Position numbers and translations under genes: made by a program. The notes beneath the pieces were generated by a model, which searched no databases, was not told the DNA's origin, and was given only the letters and a program-made list of their open reading frames with translations. A stretch of 64,000 nt of DNA, taken from the NCBI GenBank assembly GCA_963742735.1, contig CAVUMN010000003.1, positions 256,001-320,000 of the forward strand. The letters run 5' to 3'. The DNA comes from an uncultured Actinomycetes bacterium. GTDB taxonomy: Bacteria; Actinomycetota; UBA4738; JBBDTT01. Below are positions 18,510-27,757 of the stretch, one piece after another; position 1 is the first letter of the stretch; each line of letters starts with the position of its first letter.

Positions 18510-20114
18510 GTGGCCCAGGCCAGGACCGAGCGCGCGACCAAGAAGGCCACGCAGCCGAACGTCCTCGAGTCGTTCAACCCGGCGACGGGCGAGCTGCTGG
18601 GCACGGTCGAGGTCACCCCGCCCAAGGCGGTCGCGGCCATCGCCGAGGAGACCGCCCGGATCCAGCAGGGCTGGGCGCTGACGCCGCTCGCCGAGCGGCT
18701 GGCGATCATCCGCCGGGCGGGCCAGTGGGTCCTGGCCAACCGCGAGGAGCTCGCCGGCAAGCTCACCGACGAGAACGGCAAGACCCTCCTGGAGTCGCTG
18801 ACCATGGAGGTCTTCCCGATCGTCGACACGTTCCACTGGGTCGCGTCGTGGGCCGGGCGGTACCTCTCGCCCGAGCGCATCCCCAACCCCCAGCCGTACA
18901 TGAAGCACAAGCGGCACTACTTCCTGTTCGAGCCGCTGGGGGTCGTCGGGATCATCTCGCCCTGGAACTATCCGTTCTCGATCCCGGCCGGCGAGGTGGC
19001 CCTGGCACTGGCCGCGGGCAACGCGGTCCTGCTCAAGCCGAGCGAGCACACCCCGCTGATCGCGAACGAGATCGCTCGCGCCTTCGAGGCCGGCGGCCTC
19101 CCGCGGGGGGTCCTGCGGGTCCTGCACGGCCTGGGCGACACGGGCGCCGCGATCTGCGAGGCCCCGGCCGTCAAGAAGATCTTTTTCACCGGCTCCACGG
19201 CGACCGGCCGAAAGATCATGGAGGCCGCAGCCCACGACATGAAGCCGGTGATGCTCGAGCTTGGGGGCAAGGACGCGGCGGTGGTGCTCGCCGATGCGGA
19301 CCTCGGCCGCGCCGTCGGCGGCACGATGTGGGCCGGGTTCGCGAACGCCGGCCAGACCTGCGCCGGCGTCGAGCGCGTCTACGTCGACCGCCGCATCTAC
19401 GACGAGTTCGTGGAGCGGATCACCGACCTGGCCCGGGCCATCCACCCGGGCGACCCGCGGGACCCGACGACCCAGGTCGGCCCGATGACCAACGACATGC
19501 AGTACGACAAGGTCGTGGAGCTGCTGGATGACGCAAAGGCCTCGGGCGCCGAGCTGCGCACCGGCGGGCCCACGGAGCTCCCCGGCCTCGGCGGGAAGTT
19601 CATCGCCCCGGTGGTGCTCACCGGCGTGGACCACTCGATGCGCATCATGCGCGAAGAGATCTTCGGCCCCGTCGTGCCGATCATGCCGTTCGACTCCGAG
19701 GACGAGGCCGTGGCCCTGGCCAACGACAGCCAGTATGGGCTGGGCGCGTCCGTGTGGACCCGGGACACGGCCCGCGGACGGCTGATCGGCGAGCGGCTTC
19801 AGGCCGGCATGGTGTGGGTGAACGACCACATGTACTCACACGGGATCCCCCAGACCCCGTGGGGAGGCATCAAGGAGTCGGGGACCGGCGTCACCCACTC
19901 GAAGTTCGGGCTCTACGAGATGGTCGACAAGCGGCTGCTCTCCGTCGACGGCGGGCGGATCCCCGTCCCGTGGTGGCACCCGTACGAGGAGTTCAAGCGC
20001 CGCGGCCTGTCCGCGGTGCTCGAGGCCCTGTACGCGCCGGAGCTCGCGGAGAAGGCCCGGAAGCTGTGGGACCGGCGAAGCGACCTGCGGGAGCTGCTGC
20101 AGCGGATGCGCTAG
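18510..20114 (+). CDS. Aldehyde dehydrogenase family protein
   Basis: ISPWNYP, KPSE, FTGST, LELGGKD, GQTCAG, EEIFGP; AGGAGAGGAGG SD. Confidence 0.95.
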   Translation: MAQARTERATKKATQPNVLESFNPATGELLGTVEVTPPKAVAAIAEETARIQQGWALTPLAERLAIIRRAGQWVLANREELAGKLTDENGKTLLESLTMEVFPIVDTFHWVASWAGRYLSPERIPNPQPYMKHKRHYFLFEPLGVVGIISPWNYPFSIPAGEVALALAAGNAVLLKPSEHTPLIANEIARAFEAGGLPRGVLRVLHGLGDTGAAICEAPAVKKIFFTGSTATGRKIMEAAAHDMKPVMLELGGKDAAVVLADADLGRAVGGTMWAGFANAGQTCAGVERVYVDRRIYDEFVERITDLARAIHPGDPRDPTTQVGPMTNDMQYDKVVELLDDAKASGAELRTGGPTELPGLGGKFIAPVVLTGVDHSMRIMREEIFGPVVPIMPFDSEDEAVALANDSQYGLGASVWTRDTARGRLIGERLQAGMVWVNDHMYSHGIPQTPWGGIKESGTGVTHSKFGLYEMVDKRLLSVDGGRIPVPWWHPYEEFKRRGLSAVLEALYAPELAEKARKLWDRRSDLRELLQRMR

Positions 20115-20143
20115 GAAGCATCGGAAAAAAGTTCCCGAACCGG

Positions 20144-20172
20144 CTCAAGTCCGGCCCGCCGCCGCGCCGATA
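20144..20172 (+). promoter_or_regulatory. Putative sigma28 (FliA/WhiG)-type promoter
   Basis: CTCAAGT...GCCGATA (CTCA-N18-GCCGATA) 8 nt before GTG 20181; spacer is 1 nt longer than at the other two sites. Confidence 0.4.
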
Positions 20173-20180
20173 CCACGACC

Positions 20181-20669
20181 GTGAGCGATCGACTGCGCGC
20201 CCGCCTGGTCGTTGCCGGCACGAGCACCTTCCTGTCCGTGCTGGTCGCGGCCGTGCTCCTGGTCGGCCTGGGCGCCCTGGCCGGACGCCTGTCGACGCCC
20301 ACCCTCCCCGGCCACAGCGAGACGCAGGTCTCGCTGCCGGTGCTCTCCGACACGGTCCCCGCGGCCGATTCCGGTCCCGGAGCCATCCCCCCGGGCGCGG
20401 GCGACGGGATCCCCAACCCTCCGGACGACGGCGACCCCGGAACCAACCCGCCCGTCATTCCCGAGGACGAGCCGGTCGTCGGCCTGACCGCCTCCGGTGA
20501 CGTGGGCAACCTCGGCCTCATCGGGGTGGACCTGCCGATCACGCTCGGCGACAGCTCCGGCGACACGACCACCACGCGGATCGAGGTCCTGGGCGTGTCG
20601 GTGGGCATCCAGACCAGCGACAACCTGATCCAGGACGTGGTCTGCCTGCTGCTGTGCCCGAAGGACTAG
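20181..20669 (+). CDS. Hypothetical membrane-anchored/exported Pro-Gly-rich protein
   Basis: N-terminal hydrophobic helix, P/G/D-rich linker, C-terminal CLLLCPKD. Confidence 0.55.
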   Translation: MSDRLRARLVVAGTSTFLSVLVAAVLLVGLGALAGRLSTPTLPGHSETQVSLPVLSDTVPAADSGPGAIPPGAGDGIPNPPDDGDPGTNPPVIPEDEPVVGLTASGDVGNLGLIGVDLPITLGDSSGDTTTTRIEVLGVSVGIQTSDNLIQDVVCLLLCPKD

Positions 20670-20676
20670 CCGCGGC

Positions 20677-21147
20677 TCAGAACGACTTGCGGTAGTACCG
20701 GCTCTCGCCGGTCGAGAAGCCCATCCCCTCGTAGAACCCCTGAGCCTGCTCGCGGTGTGCCGCAGTCGTGACCTCGATCCCCAGGCAGCCGGTCCGCCGG
20801 GCCACGGTCTCCGCCGCCTCCACCAGCCGGCGTCCCACGCCGGTCCCACGGGCCCGGTTCGACACCATCAGCGCGAGGAGGCGGGCGAAGGGACCCGGCT
20901 TCTCCAACAGCTCGAACCAGTGGACGACCGCCAGCCCGATCACCCGGTCGCCGCCCTCGGCCACGAGGACCTTGGTGTTCCGCTCGCCGTCGAGCGCCCG
21001 CAGCCGGGCGTGCACGTCGTCGAGGGACATCGGGTACCCCAGGTCGGTCAGCAGCTCCAGGACGTCCGCCGCGTCGCGGTGGTCCACCGCGCGCACGGCG
21101 ACCATCTCGGCCGCGGGCGACAAGGGCAGGCGGCCGGCGTCGGTCAC
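20677..21147 (-). CDS. GNAT family N-acetyltransferase
   Basis: LMVSNRARGTGVGRRL (motif A), AQGFYEGMGF; GTGA overlap with the upstream gene. Confidence 0.88.
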   Translation of the reverse strand: MTDAGRLPLSPAAEMVAVRAVDHRDAADVLELLTDLGYPMSLDDVHARLRALDGERNTKVLVAEGGDRVIGLAVVHWFELLEKPGPFARLLALMVSNRARGTGVGRRLVEAAETVARRTGCLGIEVTTAAHREQAQGFYEGMGFSTGESRYYRKSF

Positions 21148-22133
21148 GCGGTCGGGGTCGCCTCCAGGTCGAAGTTGCGCTCGTAGAGCTCGGCGATCGC
21201 CGCCAGCTCCTCCTCGGAGAGGTCGGGCGCCTCGCTGGCGCCGGCGAACTCCGCGAGCTGGGCCTCGTCGTAGATGTTGGGGAGCACCGTCGTGATGGCC
21301 GGCTCGGACAGGACCCACTTCAGGGCGGCCTGGCCGATCGTGCGCTCCGGTGTGACCAGGAACTCGATCTTGCGGAGCTTGCGCAGTCCCTCGGTCAGCC
21401 ACTCCCGCTTGCGGTGGCTGCGATGGTCGTTCTCGTCGAAGGTGGTGCTCTCGTCGTACTTGCCCTCCAGGAGCCCCGAGGAGTGCGGCACCCGGACCAT
21501 CACGCCGACCCCGCCCTCGCGCGCGGCCTGGTTGAAGTCCCGGCCGGGGTCCTGCTCGAGGAGGTTGAATATCTGATGGAACACCCGGATGCCGGGCCGG
21601 CGTTCGAACGCCGCCAGGCCCTCGTCGCGCCACCCGATCGCCGGCCCCATGGCCGGGCCGTAGATGCGGATCTTGCCCTCGGCCACCAGGTCCTCCAGCA
21701 GGGCCCAGACGTCGTCGCGCTCCACCGCGTCCATCCGCGGGTTGTGGAGCTGGTAGACGTCCACCCGGTCGGTCTCGAGCCGGGACAGGGTGTCTTCGAG
21801 GTTGCGGCGCAGGAAGGCGGGGTCCCAGTTGTGGGGCCGCTCCCGGTGGCCGGTCCGGTCGTGGTCGACGTTGATGTCGTAGCCGAACTTCGTGGCCAGG
21901 GTGATCTCGTCGCGTTTCGAGCCCAGCGCCTTCGCCAGCAGGCGGTCGGCCCGGCCCTCCGCGTAGGCGTCGGCGGAGTCGAACAGGGTGATCCCCGCGT
22001 CGAACGCGGCGCGGATCAGTTCCACCGCGCGGTCGTCGGAGACCTCGCCCCACCAGCCGGTGGACACGGTCCACAGGCCGAACCCGATCTCCGACGCCGT
22101 CACGTCGCTGTCGCCGAACGTCCGGTATCGCAT
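21144..22133 (-). CDS. Aldo/keto reductase
   Basis: MRYRTFG, GITLFDSADAY, LATKFG, DVYQLHNP; TAGGAT -10 hexamer upstream of the ATG. Confidence 0.93.
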   Translation of the reverse strand: MRYRTFGDSDVTASEIGFGLWTVSTGWWGEVSDDRAVELIRAAFDAGITLFDSADAYAEGRADRLLAKALGSKRDEITLATKFGYDINVDHDRTGHRERPHNWDPAFLRRNLEDTLSRLETDRVDVYQLHNPRMDAVERDDVWALLEDLVAEGKIRIYGPAMGPAIGWRDEGLAAFERRPGIRVFHQIFNLLEQDPGRDFNQAAREGGVGVMVRVPHSSGLLEGKYDESTTFDENDHRSHRKREWLTEGLRKLRKIEFLVTPERTIGQAALKWVLSEPAITTVLPNIYDEAQLAEFAGASEAPDLSEEELAAIAELYERNFDLEATPTA

Positions 22134-22207
22134 CCGCCCCATCCTATGACGGGGCCACAACCCGGGACCCCGAGGGCCCGGAGGGCCTCGGCTACACTTC
22201 GCCGCCG

Positions 22208-22894
22208 ATGACCTCCCACCTGGACGTGGTGTTCCTCGACGTCGGCGGCCCGATCTACGACGACCGCGTCTACTACGCCTCGCTCCTGCGCGCGATCCGT
22301 CAGGAGGACCCCTCGGTCACGGACGAGGCCTTCGACCGTGAGTACCAGGCGTGCCGCGTGGCCCAGAACGGCTCGTTCCGGCGGCACATCATCCCGGCGC
22401 TCCTGGGCGCCGCCGCCGACCTCGAGCGGGTCGCGGAGAACGCCGAACGGTGGTGGGACTACCCGCCCGAATCGCTCCTGCCCGACGTCGAGCCGTGCCT
22501 GCGGGCCCTCACCGAGGCCGGCTACCGGCTGGCCGTGCTCGCCAACCAACCCGCACGGACGCGCGAGACGCTCGGCCGCGACGGCCTGGACCGCTACTTC
22601 TCCCTGTACTCGATCTCCGAGGAGCTCGGCTACGAGAAGCCCGACCCCCGGATCTTCGCCCACGCCGTGGACCAGGCCGGGGTCGATCCGTCCCGCGCGG
22701 CGATGGTGGGGGACCGGCTCGACAACGACGTCCGTCCCGCGAAAGCCGCGGGGATGTACGGCGTGTGGCTGCTCCGCGGGGAGGCCCCCGAGGAGCCGAC
22801 GCCGGAGCAGGCCGGCGAGGCCGACGCGGTGATCCGCTCCCTGGACGAGCTCCCCGACGCCCTCGGTTCCCTTCAGCCCAGATCGCGCACGTAG
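22208..22894 (+). CDS. HAD family hydrolase
   Basis: FLDVGG, EKPDPRIF, MVGDRLDNDV..AKAAGM. Confidence 0.9.
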   Translation: MTSHLDVVFLDVGGPIYDDRVYYASLLRAIRQEDPSVTDEAFDREYQACRVAQNGSFRRHIIPALLGAAADLERVAENAERWWDYPPESLLPDVEPCLRALTEAGYRLAVLANQPARTRETLGRDGLDRYFSLYSISEELGYEKPDPRIFAHAVDQAGVDPSRAAMVGDRLDNDVRPAKAAGMYGVWLLRGEAPEEPTPEQAGEADAVIRSLDELPDALGSLQPRSRT

Positions 22895-23400
22895 CGGACC
22901 TCGGGGAGGCTCACCCCGCCGAAGCCGGGGAGCTCGAACCGCTGGGTCGAGCCGTCCGCTCGCCAGCCCATCGCCTCGTAGAAGCGCCGGCCCGGCGCGT
23001 TCTCGCGGAGCACCCACAGGGTGGCCAGGCCGAGGCCCTGCCGGCGGAACGCTTCAACGGCGTGATCGAGCAGGAGCCGTCCGATGCCCCGGCGGAGCCG
23101 GCCGGGGTCCACGTAGATCGCATACACCTCGCCGGCCGGGGGCTCGTCGAGTGGTGGACGGGCAGGCCCGAGGATCGCGAAGCCCGCCACGGCGCCGTCG
23201 GACTCGGCGACCCACGCCTCCACGCCGGACTGCGGCAGGCGGATCCGGCCCCGGTGTCGCTCGGCGTAGTTGTCGGCGGACAGCGCGTCCAGATAGGCGT
23301 CGGGGACGATCCCCGGGTAGGCGGACTGCCACCCGCGCACGTGGATGGAGGCGATCGCCCGGGCGTCGTCCTCGGAAGCGCGCCGGACCACCGGACTCAT
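22873..23400 (-). CDS. GNAT family N-acetyltransferase
   Basis: IHVRGWQSAY, YVDP...RRGIGRLL, WVLRENAPGRRFYEAMGW. Confidence 0.9.
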   Translation of the reverse strand: MSPVVRRASEDDARAIASIHVRGWQSAYPGIVPDAYLDALSADNYAERHRGRIRLPQSGVEAWVAESDGAVAGFAILGPARPPLDEPPAGEVYAIYVDPGRLRRGIGRLLLDHAVEAFRRQGLGLATLWVLRENAPGRRFYEAMGWRADGSTQRFELPGFGGVSLPEVRYVRDLG

Positions 23401-23435
23401 ACGTCGAGCCTAATCGCGGCCGACCTGACGGACCG

Positions 23436-24368
23436 TCAGATCCTGGCGGCCGTGGCGAGCCAGATCCCGTACGAGACGAGCGTGGTCGCCCCGAGGACCT
23501 TTCCGGCCTGCCCCCGCCACAGGAAGACCGCGGCGACCACGCCGTACAGCGCCGCGGCGTAGATCAGGGCCGCCCCGGTGGCGCCGTCCAGGGACAGGGG
23601 CCGCACCAGGGCGGTGATCCCGAGGACCGCCGTGGAGAACGCGGCCAGGGTGCCGAACAGGTTCCCGGTGGCGAGCTCGTCCTGGCCGCGACGGATCGGC
23701 AGGACCGAGAGGAGGACCTCGTCCAGGCTGGCCAGCACGCCGATGACCGCCGCGCCGATGAACCCGGGCGCGAACGTGGTTCGGGACAGGATCCGCACCC
23801 CGCCCTCCACCAGCCCGGCCGCTCCCAGTGCGATCACGCCGAGACCGGCCACCGTCAGCCCCAGCGCCCGGAGCCGGCCCGCCGGCCCCCGTTCGGCCTC
23901 GTGCTCGATCTCCGCGAGGCGCGGGGCGGCCAGCCGGCGGTCGTACACCACGAACGTCACGTAGACGGCGTAGAGGCCGATGAGCATCGCTCCCTCCAGA
24001 CGGCCCACGTACAGGTCGCGGCAGGCGATCGCCGCCGCGATCAGCCCCGCCGCCGGCAGCAGGACGTGCTCGGCCGAGGGGCTCGCCACCGGCCGGCGGG
24101 CCAGCAGGAGCCCCGCCCCGAACGCCGCGCCGAACAGGAACGCCACCGTCCCGAAGATCGAACCGCCGGCCACCGCCGGGTGACCGCGGCCCGCAGCGAC
24201 GACCGCCGTCCCCAGACCCTCCAGGTCGATGCCGAACAGCAGCGCTCCGATCGCGAACAGGGGGATGCCCGCCGCGCTCGCCAGGGCCCCGGCTCCGCGG
24301 ATGGCGATCTCCGCACCCACGAACAGCAGGAGCGCACCGGCCACCAGGAGCAGGATCGCGAGAACCAC
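23436..24368 (-). CDS. Sodium:calcium antiporter (CaCA) family membrane protein with divergent alpha-repeats
   Basis: Two-fold repeated TM architecture; GAE....GA, FIGAAVIGVLASLDE, ELATGNLFG. Confidence 0.7.
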   Translation of the reverse strand: MVLAILLLVAGALLLFVGAEIAIRGAGALASAAGIPLFAIGALLFGIDLEGLGTAVVAAGRGHPAVAGGSIFGTVAFLFGAAFGAGLLLARRPVASPSAEHVLLPAAGLIAAAIACRDLYVGRLEGAMLIGLYAVYVTFVVYDRRLAAPRLAEIEHEAERGPAGRLRALGLTVAGLGVIALGAAGLVEGGVRILSRTTFAPGFIGAAVIGVLASLDEVLLSVLPIRRGQDELATGNLFGTLAAFSTAVLGITALVRPLSLDGATGAALIYAAALYGVVAAVFLWRGQAGKVLGATTLVSYGIWLATAARI

Positions 24369-24375
24369 GAAGGGA

Positions 24376-26403
24376 TTAGACCGCGCTGAGCATGCAGGCG
24401 AAGGCCGCACCGTCGGCGGCGGGGGGCGCGTACGAGCGGCGGCCCGCGGCGTGCACCGGGAACGCCGTGGAGCTCAGCCGGTAGCCGTTCGCCGAGATCA
24501 GGAACCGGTAGGTCCCCGAGGGGGTTCCGGACGGCACGTGCCAGGTCGCGGTGTAGCGGCCCTCGTCGTCCACCTCCCACACGATCCGCAGCCCCAGGTC
24601 GGTGGCCACGACCTTGCGGCCGCCGCTCACCCGTTCGATGGAGACGAACGCGCGGTCCAGCGGCCGGTCGAACCCGCGGAGGCCGCCGTCCCACACGAAG
24701 GACGTCATCGCCCCTGGGCGCACGGCACTCGGCTCGTCGACCGCCGTCGCCGACGTAGCACCCCGCGAGAACGGTTCGCCCTCGGGGCTCACGCCGTTCG
24801 TGGGATCGAACGCGTAGGCCACCGGCGCCCTCAGGCCGCGAACCAGGCTGGTGGCCAGGCCGACCAGGCTCTCCATCACCAGGTTCGAGGAGAACTCCCC
24901 GTAGAGGGTGGAGCCGCCCTCGTAGTGCTGCCGGGCGTACTCCTCCGGCGTCGTGAAGTAGTTGAGGTACTCGTTCGCCAGGCCCGAGATCACCACGCGG
25001 CGGATCCCGGCCCGCCGTGACACCGCCAGAACCGCGGCGCGCACGCGGTACCCCATGCCGGCGGTCATCTCGCCCGGCACGCTCACGATCATCCGGTCGT
25101 CCACCTGGAGCGCGAGCAGGGGGACCGCGATGGGCACCGAGTTCTCGTCCTGGCTGATGACGGGAATCTTGTGGCCCTGCGCGGGACGAAGCGGGTTGCG
25201 CGCGGGCAGCCGGCGGCCCTCGAAGGGCACCTGGGTGAGGTCGTACAGCGGGCCCCGCTGCTCCTCGGAGCCGGTGAAGAGCGGGAGCCCAACGAGCGCC
25301 TCGTCATCGACGGCACCACCTTCGACCTCCCGGCCGCAGAAGCACACCCGGGTCCACCGGCCGTCCAGGGCCGGCCGGGCCGTCATGCGCCGGCCCGCGG
25401 CCCGCCACGCGATGAGCATGGCCGCGGCCTGACGCCGCCCGACCGCCTCGGCGCCGGCGGGCCCGGTGTGCTCGATGCCCGAGGTCACGTCGCCCTCGTC
25501 GGTGTTGCCGAAGGCGTTGACGACGTCCTGCCCCGGGGGGACCTTGCCCGCCGCGCGGATGGCGTCCTCGACGAAGCGGACGGTCGGCCCGTGGTGGTCG
25601 GCGTTATACAGGCCGATGTCGTATTTGTTGACGGTCCCGTGGTTCGCGAACGTGCTCCACATCCCGACCGGCACGAACCGCCCCCCGACGCGCTTGTCCA
25701 CACGCAGCACGTCGATCGACGGGTCGATCGTGTGCCGGTAGCCGCCGGGGTCCTGGGCCACCATGCCCTGGCCGAACTCCGCCTCGATGCCGTGGTTGGC
25801 CAGGTGCGCCTCGAGGCTTCGGTTCTGGGTCACGCCGAGCAGGTCGACCGTGCCCCACCCCAGTCGGCCCTCGCCGAGGTTCCGGTCGGCGCGAAGGATC
25901 GCCGTCGTCAGCCGGTCGATCAGGAACGCGTAGAGCTGCTGATCGCGCGCGCCGGCGATGTTCTGGTCCGTGGGCTCCTGCGCGGTCATGAACTCGGTGT
26001 TGTACGTCGAGAAGTTGAAGTACCCGCCCGGGCCGCTGTGGGTGTGGCTCGCGGAGATCAGGATGTTCTGCTCCGAGAACCCCCGGCCCCGCAGGCGGTT
26101 GGCCACCTCGGTCACCAGGCCGCCCGCGATCGCGCCGAGGTCCGCGGCCACCAGCGCGACCTTCTGGGACCGGTACTGCAGGACGATCGCGCGGGCGAAC
26201 AGCCGGGTGTGCTGTCCCCGCGACTGCGCGTCCGCCCGGACCCAGCCCATCATGTAGAAGCCGGTGGGCGGGGTGATGTCGGCCCGCCCGACGCCCACCC
26301 GAAGCGGCGAGCTCGCTGCGGCCGGGGCCGCGGGCAGGATCGTGAGGACCAGGACGGCCGCCAGGGCCGCGGGCGCCAGGCGGCGGGCGGGCCGGCGGCT
26401 CAT
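24376..26403 (-). CDS. Secreted neutral/alkaline ceramidase family protein
   Basis: Signal peptide; VGVGRADIT, RLFARA, ASHTHSGPGG, FANHGT, VPGEMT, GLANEY..YFTTPEEY..QHYEGGSTLYG. Confidence 0.9.
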   Translation of the reverse strand: MSRRPARRLAPAALAAVLVLTILPAAPAAASSPLRVGVGRADITPPTGFYMMGWVRADAQSRGQHTRLFARAIVLQYRSQKVALVAADLGAIAGGLVTEVANRLRGRGFSEQNILISASHTHSGPGGYFNFSTYNTEFMTAQEPTDQNIAGARDQQLYAFLIDRLTTAILRADRNLGEGRLGWGTVDLLGVTQNRSLEAHLANHGIEAEFGQGMVAQDPGGYRHTIDPSIDVLRVDKRVGGRFVPVGMWSTFANHGTVNKYDIGLYNADHHGPTVRFVEDAIRAAGKVPPGQDVVNAFGNTDEGDVTSGIEHTGPAGAEAVGRRQAAAMLIAWRAAGRRMTARPALDGRWTRVCFCGREVEGGAVDDEALVGLPLFTGSEEQRGPLYDLTQVPFEGRRLPARNPLRPAQGHKIPVISQDENSVPIAVPLLALQVDDRMIVSVPGEMTAGMGYRVRAAVLAVSRRAGIRRVVISGLANEYLNYFTTPEEYARQHYEGGSTLYGEFSSNLVMESLVGLATSLVRGLRAPVAYAFDPTNGVSPEGEPFSRGATSATAVDEPSAVRPGAMTSFVWDGGLRGFDRPLDRAFVSIERVSGGRKVVATDLGLRIVWEVDDEGRYTATWHVPSGTPSGTYRFLISANGYRLSSTAFPVHAAGRRSYAPPAADGAAFACMLSAV

Positions 26404-26407
26404 CGCG

Positions 26408-27757
26408 CTAGTGGTCGCTCTTGCCGGTGAAGTTGAAGCCGCCGATCTTCAGGGCGGGAACGCGCGACGCCGCGAAGAAGAACTCGCTGGCCAGCTCGGC
26501 CTCGGCCCCGATCATCTCGGTGTTGGTGAGGGCCTCCAGGATCGACTGCGTGAACCGCAGGTTCTTGACCGGGTAGGCCACCTGGCCGTTCTCGATCATC
26601 CACGTGCCGTCGCGAGTCATGCCCGTGATGATCGCCTCCCGCGGGTGCACGATGTTCGAGTAGTGGAACCGTGTCACGAGCAGGCCGCGCTCGGTCGCGG
26701 CGATCATCTGCTCGAGCGTCGAGTCGCCCGGGGCGACGACAACGTTCAAGGGGAAGGGCCCCTCCGGGTTCGGCGGGGGGAGGGCATGGCCGGTGGACTC
26801 TGTGTCGGCCAGCGTTCCCGAGCGGCGGTCGTGGACCCCGCCCAGCGCCACTCCGTCGGTGATCAGGTCCACGCGCCGCTTCGGGGTGCCCTCGAAGTCG
26901 AACGGTATCCCCAGGGCGTCCGGCGCCAGCGCGTCGTCGTAGATGTCGATCGAGGGCGACACGACCTGCTCCCCGATCCGGCCCGAGAAGCAGGACCGGC
27001 CCTCGATGATCTGACGGCCCCCGAACCCGAGCCACCCAAGGAACGCGATCAGCGTCGAGACCGCGAGGGGCTCGAGGACGACGTCGTAGCGGCCGAGGTC
27101 CAGGTCGCGCGGGTTCGTGCTGTCCCGGGCCTTCTGCGCCGCGCGTTCGCCGACGAACTCGCGGTCGAGGTCGGCGGGGGACCGGCCGAATGCCTCGGCG
27201 TATCCGGCCCCGCCGTCGGGGCCCGACATCAGCACGCTGATGCTCGCCTGGGTTCCGGGGTGGTAGCAGAACTGCCCCTCGGTGTTGGCGAGGGCCACCT
27301 CGACGCACTGGGTCTCGTACGCGCCGGCGCCCTCCAGGCCGCCGGTCGCGTGGGCCATGATCTGGGCGACCTCCTCGGCCTGCTGCGCCGGCGACATCGA
27401 TGCCGCCGCCTCCTCGAAGCCGTCGATCTCGGGGTAGGCCGCCTTGGGCGCCAGGCCCGGGAAGGCCGGGTCGGGCGCCACCACCTGGGCGATCTCGAGC
27501 GCGTCGCGCGTGGCCCGGACGGCGCCCTCCTTCGAGAGGTCGTTGGTCGAGGCCACGCCCACGCGGCCCTCCACGACCACCCGCACCTTGACGCCGGTGT
27601 CCTCCCGCCACGTGTTCTGGTGGATGGCCGAGCGAGCGAATCGCGTCAGCCCGCCCCACTCGTGGATGGCCAGCACCTCGACGTCCTCGGGTCCCTTGAC
27701 CTCCAGCGCGGCGCCCATCAGGTCGCGGAGGTCGTCGGCGCCGATCAGGCCGGGCAT
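26408..27757 (-). CDS. pmbA: TldD/PmbA family protein (PmbA/TldE-like subunit)
   Basis: LTRFARSAIHQN, YDVVLEP, PFDFEGTP, TGMTRDG, PVKNLRF; lacks the HExxGH motif. Confidence 0.8.
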   Translation of the reverse strand: MPGLIGADDLRDLMGAALEVKGPEDVEVLAIHEWGGLTRFARSAIHQNTWREDTGVKVRVVVEGRVGVASTNDLSKEGAVRATRDALEIAQVVAPDPAFPGLAPKAAYPEIDGFEEAAASMSPAQQAEEVAQIMAHATGGLEGAGAYETQCVEVALANTEGQFCYHPGTQASISVLMSGPDGGAGYAEAFGRSPADLDREFVGERAAQKARDSTNPRDLDLGRYDVVLEPLAVSTLIAFLGWLGFGGRQIIEGRSCFSGRIGEQVVSPSIDIYDDALAPDALGIPFDFEGTPKRRVDLITDGVALGGVHDRRSGTLADTESTGHALPPPNPEGPFPLNVVVAPGDSTLEQMIAATERGLLVTRFHYSNIVHPREAIITGMTRDGTWMIENGQVAYPVKNLRFTQSILEALTNTEMIGAEAELASEFFFAASRVPALKIGGFNFTGKSDH

